This document shows positions 26,684 to 33,403 of a stretch of DNA of 33,403 nt, one piece after another. The stretch is from NCBI GenBank assembly GCA_965226795.1, contig CBDDDZ010000001.1, positions 1 through 33,403 of the forward strand, read 5' to 3'. This stretch comes from Candidatus Latescibacterota bacterium (lineage in GTDB: Bacteria; Latescibacterota; UBA2968; GCA-2709665). Both the position numbers and the translations under genes were made by a program. The notes below the pieces were generated by a model. That model ran no database searches and was not told the origin of the DNA. It saw only the letters and a program-made list of their open reading frames with translations. Numbering within the stretch: the stretch's first letter is position 1; each line of letters starts with the position of its first letter.

Positions 26684-27889
26684 CTAGAAAATCCTGTAAC
26701 TCAGCCCCATGTTGAAGCTTTGCCTGGAATCTTTGTCTCTCGCTACGGCGAAAGACTCGGATAACGTCATGTTGAACTTGTTTTCAATGTAGAAGCTGAG
26801 CGCGAACGAAATATTCGTACGAACGTTGGCCTTATTTTTTGCTCGCTTCTCTACGCGCACTGTCTGTAATGTCGTAAACCGGACCCTGTTCGTCACCTCG
26901 TAGATAAAATCCGTTCTGAGACGCATGTTGTATCCCCTTCCAAAGTCCCCGGAAAAAGGCGTATTGTAACTGAGATCCGTGTTGATCTGCGTGCTCCAGC
27001 TGATCGGATGGGAGTATCGGAAATTGATCAACAGACCTGGCGTCCGCCGGTCCAGGTTCTCGTCGGGATTCAACACCTGAAATTGCAAACCGGTGGTTAC
27101 GTCCCACCCGGAGAATCTTTTGCTGATCTGCTCCTGTGTCAACACTTCCTGTATCCGCACGAGACCGAATCCGATTTCTTCTCCCAGTACCTTGCGAGAC
27201 TTCCTGATCTCGGCCAGCATGTCTTCGAACCAGTAGTTTTCGTACCGGTCGCCATACTGTTCTTTGTACTCTCTTTCCTTATCGATAATATGCGCCAATT
27301 CAATCATCGTTTCCTTTGAGAAATGATCGCCTATGATTCCCTCCTCCAGGAAGAAGTCCTCGATTCTCACGGCTTTTCGAAGCGCGGTCGCGTCAATAAA
27401 CCGTCCATAGCCGAAGCCCAGAGTTATCTCGATGTTGGGTCGATCGTATCCGGTATCGAAGTCCGAGTCCGTGCCCCACGAATAGAAAAAGTTGTCATCA
27501 TTCCGATGGTATTTCTTCAGATTCGTCTTCAATTGAGTCATGGCATATTGTTTGAGTTCGTCTGTGCCGCCAATCTTTCGGATCGCACCCTCGCCGGTTG
27601 CGTCTACGGAGTAGGCATACGGAAGCGACTCGTAGAACTTCCTGTACACAACGGTCACGTTTCCATTCTGGACAACGGTTTTGTCACCCTCCGTTGTCCA
27701 GTTGAAGCTGAGTGCGTCGACGCGGAGATTGTGCGCCCGGCTGACGGGCACCACGTAATCGGTGATCGATACGTTCTGCGCCGCTACCGTTGAAACCGTC
27801 AGTAAGCAGACCGCCGCCGGACGTACAGGCAACATCCTGAGAAGGAAATAGACGTATCCCACGGGAAAAAATATGGAAGAGCCCGGCAT
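26684..27889 (-). CDS. Hypothetical exported, probably outer-membrane beta-barrel protein (start uncertain)
   Basis: Hydrophobic leader ending VAA|QNV, alternating amphipathic strands, and a C-terminal beta-signal-like FNMGLSYRIF. Confidence 0.6.
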   Translation of the reverse strand: MPGSSIFFPVGYVYFLLRMLPVRPAAVCLLTVSTVAAQNVSITDYVVPVSRAHNLRVDALSFNWTTEGDKTVVQNGNVTVVYRKFYESLPYAYSVDATGEGAIRKIGGTDELKQYAMTQLKTNLKKYHRNDDNFFYSWGTDSDFDTGYDRPNIEITLGFGYGRFIDATALRKAVRIEDFFLEEGIIGDHFSKETMIELAHIIDKEREYKEQYGDRYENYWFEDMLAEIRKSRKVLGEEIGFGLVRIQEVLTQEQISKRFSGWDVTTGLQFQVLNPDENLDRRTPGLLINFRYSHPISWSTQINTDLSYNTPFSGDFGRGYNMRLRTDFIYEVTNRVRFTTLQTVRVEKRAKNKANVRTNISFALSFYIENKFNMTLSESFAVARDKDSRQSFNMGLSYRIF

Positions 27890-28014
27890 TGTCCTGCGAT
27901 TCCGACACGGCGGTCTCGTACCGCACGCTCGAGCGAAACCCTCGCCTGAACCCGGCGCCCTGCCCACGATCACCTTCAGTATCTGCTCCCGCCTCGCTCC
28001 TGTGTATCCTGTCA

Positions 28015-28785
28015 TTACTCGGTCCCCCTGTATTGATCCGGGGCGTTGGCCCCGGAATCCATATCCGGTGAATCCGGTCGCTCCATCAAGAATGAAATAT
28101 CGTCGTAATCGGCCTTTACGTGCGCGTGTGTGTTATCCGAATCCGTTAACACGGCAACGGCGCCGACGAGTCGAGGGTCGCTGCCGAAAACACGTTTGTA
28201 GTCTTCATATGCGTTGACTTCCTCCCAGATCCATTTGCCCGTCTTTTCGGGGCCGGATTGCAGGACAATCACTTTCGTGTTTTTACTGTGCGGGCTCTCC
28301 GTCTGGGTACCTTTCGGAAGCGTTGCGCTCCACACGTACTTGAGTGTCTTGATCCGCAATTTGCCCCCGAATACCAGGCGCACCGCCGCCGCGCTGTCGT
28401 TTGTGTTCTTGTCAGTTTCATTGCCGTTTGCAGGAAGGCTGTGCACCCGCCATCGCCACCTGAGATTCTTGAAGACACGGAGGTTGATTTTTACGGGGCG
28501 GCCCGCATTTGTGGCCCTTCCGACGGTTTCGGCCCTCAAAAAATGATCGCCGTCCTCTGCCTGAATCGTGTAATAGAGATCCTCTTTCTTCTTTGCTTTC
28601 TTCTGGAACCAGCCCACCCTTCCTTCCCAGTTCCCGGGAAACCGCCCGAGTTGTTCGGGGTACTCGAATCGTTCCAGAATGAAGATGGAATCTCCCGAAG
28701 GCGTATAAAAGCCCGGGGGCGGGTCGCCCGCATATGCCGTGGATGCGATCAGGATCCCGACGGTGATTTTATAGAATCGTCTCAT
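28015..28785 (-). CDS. DUF3047 domain-containing exported protein
   Basis: RBS GGAG, signal peptide, LRWRWRV, NDSAAAVRLVF, LKYVWS, EEVNAYEDYK and VLTDSDNT...ADYDDI. Confidence 0.8.
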   Translation of the reverse strand: MRRFYKITVGILIASTAYAGDPPPGFYTPSGDSIFILERFEYPEQLGRFPGNWEGRVGWFQKKAKKKEDLYYTIQAEDGDHFLRAETVGRATNAGRPVKINLRVFKNLRWRWRVHSLPANGNETDKNTNDSAAAVRLVFGGKLRIKTLKYVWSATLPKGTQTESPHSKNTKVIVLQSGPEKTGKWIWEEVNAYEDYKRVFGSDPRLVGAVAVLTDSDNTHAHVKADYDDISFLMERPDSPDMDSGANAPDQYRGTE

Positions 28786-29080
28786 AGGAGGTTGGGTTAA
28801 TTCTACTTCCCGGAACGCCGCGGAACGGGGAAATCCGTACGGAATTCACCGTCGATCCGGACCACTTCGATGTAACCCGCTGTGTATTCAGGAAATATAG
28901 GAAATAGACCCTTCATGGTGTACAAAAAAGCCCCGAACCAGGCCTTCGCCAGGATCCGTCCAGCCGACAAATACACATCGCCTGCGGGGGCCAGGTTCCC
29001 ATCTCCCTGCGTTGCGTGCGTTGCCTGCGATCCTTGCGTTGAGCCTTTCGAAACGAGCTTGTTGAAATGCCCGCGTTGCG

Positions 29081-29165
29081 CGACCCTTCGACAGGCTCTG
29101 GGACCACCTTCGCCGACCCTTCGACAGGCTCAGGGACCGCAAGCTCAGGGAGCGGCTCAGGGTAC
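29081..29165 (+). repeat. REP-like CCCTTCGACAGGCTCAGGG cluster
   Basis: CGACCCTTCGACAGGCTC(T/A)GGGACC at 29081 and 29114, plus two partial GCTCAGGG units at ~29143 and ~29155. Confidence 0.75.
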
Positions 29166-29501
29166 AGGCATAAAGATACCGCCACAGAACCCGTTTCCGT
29201 GGCGGTGACAATACCCTTCCCTATCGTACGACAGTCGCACTACCAGTTGACTACCGGGAAGCGCCCGAAAACGTGGCAGGGCTCGCCTCCCGCGCAAAGG
29301 GCACCGATATCCCGCGCCGCCCGGCAGCACCCGAGGGTTGGAATGGATCGGTTCAGCACGGCCGGCGCCGACAATTACGCATTAATGTGCTAATGTTCTG
29401 TCCCGGAAATAGATTGCCTTAATTCGGCCGACGAGCGAAGGCAACGCAGTCAGCCGGGATGAACCGTCGGCCGAATGGTGAGATATTTCTGAGACGGGAC
29501 A

Positions 29502-30644
29502 CTAGGTGCCAAATTTCCGTGCGAAACGGACAAAATCGGGAAAGCCGACGCGGCCGTTTCCATCCAGGTCGAATCGACTCTCGTAATCCACGTCCCCCAC
29601 TTCGGAACCGAAGGCCCTTGCGAAAATCAAAAAATCACTGAAATCCACCGTTCCGTTGCCGTCGAAATCAGCGGATCTGTCCATGACGCTGACGCTCACA
29701 ACGGGCAGTATCCCTTCACCGTAGTTCCAGCCTGTCCCCCAGGACACCGTCTTCGTCTCCGGATTCACCGGACCGACGCGATACCACAGGTCGGAACTGT
29801 TGTGTCCCTGATGCACCTCCGTTGCGATCCCGTTATCGAGCGCCACGTTGGGCAACGTGCCCCGGTCGGATTCCTTCGCCTCACCCCACTCGACGATCCT
29901 GCCCTCCACATCCAGAGCGCCCACGTGATACCACAGACGCCCTCCGTTGATCGACTCATGTATCTCTATGACCACGCCATCGTCCATATCCACGGAGGGC
30001 GTCTGGCCGCGGTCGTATTCCCGCGAGTCTCCCCACGCGATCTCCATCGCGGCCGTATCCACCACGCCTACGTTATACCGTAGACGTTCACCCTCTTCGG
30101 ATTGATGTGTTTCCACCACAATCCCGTTCGAAAGCGCCACCGACGGGAACCGCCCCTCGTCGTATTTCTGCGCGTCGCCCCAGACAATCGATTTCTCCTG
30201 CGTGTCCACAACGCCCACGTGGTACCACAGATTCGTGCCAAGGTGGGACTGATGCACCTCCACCACCACCCGGCCCTCCAGCGCGACCATGGGAAACCGG
30301 CCGCCGTCGAACTTCGTCCCCTCGCCCCACAGGATCGCCTTTGTCCTCGCGTCGACCTCGCCAACCTTATACCACAGATTCGTACCAAAATGGGACTGGT
30401 GTACCTCGACCACGAGGTCTCCGTCCACGGCGACCGAGGGGGCTTGCCCATCGTCGTGCGCCCCCACCTCACCCCAATCGACCGTTCGCGTTTCCGCGTC
30501 GATCACGCCGACGCGGTACCGCAATTCCGCCTCCTCTTCCTCCTGGTGCATCTCCACGACCAGGTCGGCCGCAGAAATTGAAAAACCCCACAGGCACGCG
30601 CCCAGGAAGATCGTGAATCGAACGAATCGCATAACGTCCCTCAT
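29502..30644 (-). CDS. Secreted protein with six ~49-aa repeats (probable beta-propeller) and a C-terminal dockerin-like EF-hand pair
   Basis: Signal peptide, six VVEVHQS...LWYxVG...WG...YDxGxxPxV repeats, and ADFDGNGTVDFSDF/FDLDGNGRVGFPDF. Confidence 0.85.
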   Translation of the reverse strand: MRDVMRFVRFTIFLGACLWGFSISAADLVVEMHQEEEEAELRYRVGVIDAETRTVDWGEVGAHDDGQAPSVAVDGDLVVEVHQSHFGTNLWYKVGEVDARTKAILWGEGTKFDGGRFPMVALEGRVVVEVHQSHLGTNLWYHVGVVDTQEKSIVWGDAQKYDEGRFPSVALSNGIVVETHQSEEGERLRYNVGVVDTAAMEIAWGDSREYDRGQTPSVDMDDGVVIEIHESINGGRLWYHVGALDVEGRIVEWGEAKESDRGTLPNVALDNGIATEVHQGHNSSDLWYRVGPVNPETKTVSWGTGWNYGEGILPVVSVSVMDRSADFDGNGTVDFSDFLIFARAFGSEVGDVDYESRFDLDGNGRVGFPDFVRFARKFGT

Positions 30645-30720
30645 TGTGAAACATGGAACCTGGTATTTGTCCGAAGCGCCGCGTCGGCGGGAATGCCGCG
30701 GTTGGACAGGATCCGCAGGC

Positions 30721-31476
30721 CTATTTGAGACAGTACCCCCCGTCCACTTTCAGAATCGTACCCGTAATGTAGTCTGCCGCGTCAGAACACAGAAACGTTG
30801 CCGCTTTTCCCAGGTCTTCAATGGTGGCCAGCCTGCCCCAGGGCAATCCTTTGGCCGCCTCCCTGATCTGCTCGTCCGTGGCGAATTGCCGTTCGCCGGG
30901 CGTGTCGGTGTATCCGGGTTCGATCACGTTCGCACGGATACGATGCGGCGCCAGTTCGGCCGCGATGGTCCGGCACATCTGGTTGATTCCGGCTTTCGCC
31001 GTATTGTACGGCATCGACGTCGGCACCGGGACCTCCGCGAGGACGGAACTGATGAACAGGATGCTGCCCCCGCCGCCCTGGTCCACCATCTGCCGGGCGC
31101 CGGCCTGGGCAGCGTGGAAGCTGCCCCACAGACAAACCTCCCACGTCCGCCGAACAGCCTGCACCGACAGTTCCAGAAAGGGCTCACGTTTGCTGTAATA
31201 TGCATTGGCCACCACAATGTCCAGCCGGCCGAAACGGCTTACGGTTGCGTCAACCATCCGGTCTACGGCCGCCCGATCCGACACGTCGGCCTGAACGACC
31301 AGCGCTTCCCGACCCAGGTCGCGGACCTCGTTCGCGACGGTCTCCGCATCTTCCGGATGCGAATGGTAGTTCACCGCGACGTCCGCTCCGGCACGGGCCA
31401 TCTCCACCGCGCATCCACGTCCGATGCCCCTGGAAGACCCGGTTACCAACGCCACCCTACCTGTCATATCAACCAT
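30721..31476 (-). CDS. Classical short-chain dehydrogenase/reductase
   Basis: TGSSRGIG, ISS, catalytic YNTAK, NVIEPG and ITGTILKVDGG. Confidence 0.92.
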   Translation of the reverse strand: MVDMTGRVALVTGSSRGIGRGCAVEMARAGADVAVNYHSHPEDAETVANEVRDLGREALVVQADVSDRAAVDRMVDATVSRFGRLDIVVANAYYSKREPFLELSVQAVRRTWEVCLWGSFHAAQAGARQMVDQGGGGSILFISSVLAEVPVPTSMPYNTAKAGINQMCRTIAAELAPHRIRANVIEPGYTDTPGERQFATDEQIREAAKGLPWGRLATIEDLGKAATFLCSDAADYITGTILKVDGGYCLK

Positions 31477-31532
31477 AATGACCCTTCCTGTTCTTTTTCG
31501 TAGGAATCAAGGGATCCGGAAGATGGCCGGTT

Positions 31533-33403
31533 CTATTCCCTGCTCGAACGGCCGGATGCCCGTGCACGTGCGTGAACGGGTTCGTTGTGCGCCTTTCCCG
31601 TGGTCTGCTTTGCCCGCTGGTCCTGTGTCTTCTGCCGGCGGGCTACCCTATGTGTTTCCTGATAGCGATCCGGAATTACCAATTCGTCGCCGTGGTCGGG
31701 CGCATGGGGCGTAACCTTCCAGAATTTGGGCAGAAACCTGTCCCATCGGGTGATAATGGCGCTCGCCCGGCGGCTGTTGGTTTTTTCGAGGTGCCGTCCG
31801 ATCATCTTTTTCAGCAGGCCGACGTCGTCCGGCTGATCGACGCGCTGTATGCCGACGAGTTGCGGGTTGTATCGATTCTCAAACGATCCCTCTTCATCCA
31901 GCACATACGCGGTTCCGCCCGTCATTCCGGCGCCGAAGTTCCGTCCGGTGCTACCCAGCACAACCACCACGCCGTAGGTCATGTACTCACATCCGTGGTC
32001 TCCCACACCCTCCACGACCGCGTGGCCGCCGCTGTTACGCACGCAGAATCTCTCGCCCGCACATCCCGCGGCGTAGAGCACGCCTCCGGTGGCGCCGTAC
32101 ATGACCGTATTGCCAACGATGGCATTCCTGTGGCTCGAAAATCCGGCGTTGCCCGGCGGTCGCACAATGAGTTCTCCACCGTGCATGCCCTTGCCGACGT
32201 AGTCGTTGGCCTCACCGGTAAGGACCAGTCGCAGCCCACGTATGCAGAAAGCTCCGAAGCTCTGTCCCGCACTGCCGCGGAATCGGCATTCGACCGTACT
32301 GTCGAGCCCCCGGTCTCCGTAGTGATACGCGATCTCGCCGGCCACCTTGGCGCCAACCGCGCGCTTCGTGTTCTGAATGTCGTAACTCAGCGTAATCGAG
32401 CTGTTCTCCTTGATCGCATCCATTGCGTCCTGAAGCAGCAAGTCGTCAATTGACGCATCGGGGCGGTCGTTACGCTCCCGGGTATGCAGCCTCGGCCTTG
32501 TGCCGGCCGGATCCGGATCGGCCAACAGATCGCTTAAGTCGATTCCCTTCCATCGGCGTTTCGTCGGGTCGACGCGGGCTTCCAGAATCTCTGTCCGGCC
32601 GATCAGTCTCTCCAGCGACCGATATCCCAGCCCCGCGACGACTTCCCGGACCTCACCGGCCAGGTTGGTAAAATAGCGGATCACATTTTCCGGCGAGCCT
32701 TTGAATTTTTCCCGCAATTCCGGCTTTTGCGTGGCCACGCCTACGGGACAGGTATTCAGGTGACACTGTCGAGCCATCACGCAGCCCATAGCCACCAGGG
32801 CAGCCGTACCGAATCCGTACTCCTCGGCACCCAGAGCCGCCGCGACCACCACGTCCCTGGCCGTCTTCAAGCCGCCGTCCACGCGGAGCACAACTCGCCC
32901 GCGCAGATCGTTCATCACCAGCGTCTGCTGGACCTCCGCCAAACCCAGTTCCCAGGGTCCGCCCGAATGCTTGATGGCGCCCAGGGGCGAGGCGCCGGTA
33001 CCGCCGTCGCGCCCGCTGATGTGGACCACGTCCGCGTACCCTTTGACCACGCCTGCCGCGATCGTGCCGATGCCTGCCACCGAGACCAGTTTAACGCACA
33101 CTTTTGCCCTGGGATTCACCCGCTTCAGATCGTAAATCAGTTGAGCGATGTCCTCGATACTGTAAATGTCGTGATGAGGGGGCGGCGAAATCAGCGTGAC
33201 GCCGGGAACGGAATGCCGGATCAGCGCGATTTCCGCGGAAACCTTGTGCCCCGGCAGCTGCCCGCCCTCGCCCGGTTTGGATCCCTGCGCCATCTTGATT
33301 TCCAGTTCCTTGGCCGACGCCAGGTATTCGGGCGTGACGCCAAATCTGCCGGACGCCACCTGTTTGATGGCGCTGTTGGGCCAGTCTCCGTTGGGCAGCC
33401 GCC
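31533..33403 (-). CDS. gltB: Glutamate synthase large subunit, 3' part (FMN and GXGXG domains)
   Basis: EIKMAQGSKPGEGGQLPG, SPPPHHDIYSIED, CVMARQCHLNTCPVG, GSAGQSFGAF and GDHGCEYMT. The frame runs off the window end. Confidence 0.97.
   Translation of the reverse strand, partial: RLPNGDWPNSAIKQVASGRFGVTPEYLASAKELEIKMAQGSKPGEGGQLPGHKVSAEIALIRHSVPGVTLISPPPHHDIYSIEDIAQLIYDLKRVNPRAKVCVKLVSVAGIGTIAAGVVKGYADVVHISGRDGGTGASPLGAIKHSGGPWELGLAEVQQTLVMNDLRGRVVLRVDGGLKTARDVVVAAALGAEEYGFGTAALVAMGCVMARQCHLNTCPVGVATQKPELREKFKGSPENVIRYFTNLAGEVREVVAGLGYRSLERLIGRTEILEARVDPTKRRWKGIDLSDLLADPDPAGTRPRLHTRERNDRPDASIDDLLLQDAMDAIKENSSITLSYDIQNTKRAVGAKVAGEIAYHYGDRGLDSTVECRFRGSAGQSFGAFCIRGLRLVLTGEANDYVGKGMHGGELIVRPPGNAGFSSHRNAIVGNTVMYGATGGVLYAAGCAGERFCVRNSGGHAVVEGVGDHGCEYMTYGVVVVLGSTGRNFGAGMTGGTAYVLDEEGSFENRYNPQLVGIQRVDQPDDVGLLKKMIGRHLEKTNSRRASAIITRWDRFLPKFWKVTPHAPDHGDELVIPDRYQETHRVARRQKTQDQRAKQTTGKAHNEPVHARARASGRSSRE

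Noticed and set aside
28882..29393. Several ~100-aa ORFs
   Set aside because: They are translations of the REP-like repeats (PSTGSG, LRQAQG) and are not credible proteins.

Overview
High-GC bacterial chromosomal window. Secreted proteins ending in paired DFxxDGxVxFxDF EF-hand/dockerin-like tails and a UBact locus suggest a diderm candidate-phylum organism such as Latescibacterota or Handelsmanbacteria (inference). From left to right: (1) a partial ABC/AAA ATPase plus TOPRIM-like (DUF3226-type) gene pair and an amidohydrolase. (2) A 4-kb region (2.1-6.3 kb) punctuated by a strand-biased TAATCACAG repeat family. The repeats bracket a frameshifted secreted metallopeptidase, a GxxExxY PD-(D/E)XK nuclease-like gene and a promoter/terminator-defined small RNA candidate, and end in a 50-bp tandem array. 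(3) A complete UBact-proteasome operon (arc-dop-ubact-prcB-prcA-pafA) with a terminator. (4) A decayed accessory island: a 5'-truncated AAA/DUF4143 ATPase and a broken NACHT-type NTPase with a C-terminal nuclease-like domain. It is followed by a dif-like XerCD site, near which both gene orientation and sampled GC skew invert, suggesting the replication terminus. (5) A truncated homocysteine S-methyltransferase, a PPTase, a YjhG/YagF dehydratase, a sugar isomerase, a transketolase-like enzyme, a beta-barrel candidate, a DUF3047 protein, a six-repeat secreted protein, an SDR and the 3' part of gltB. All calls come from reading motifs by eye; no searches were run.
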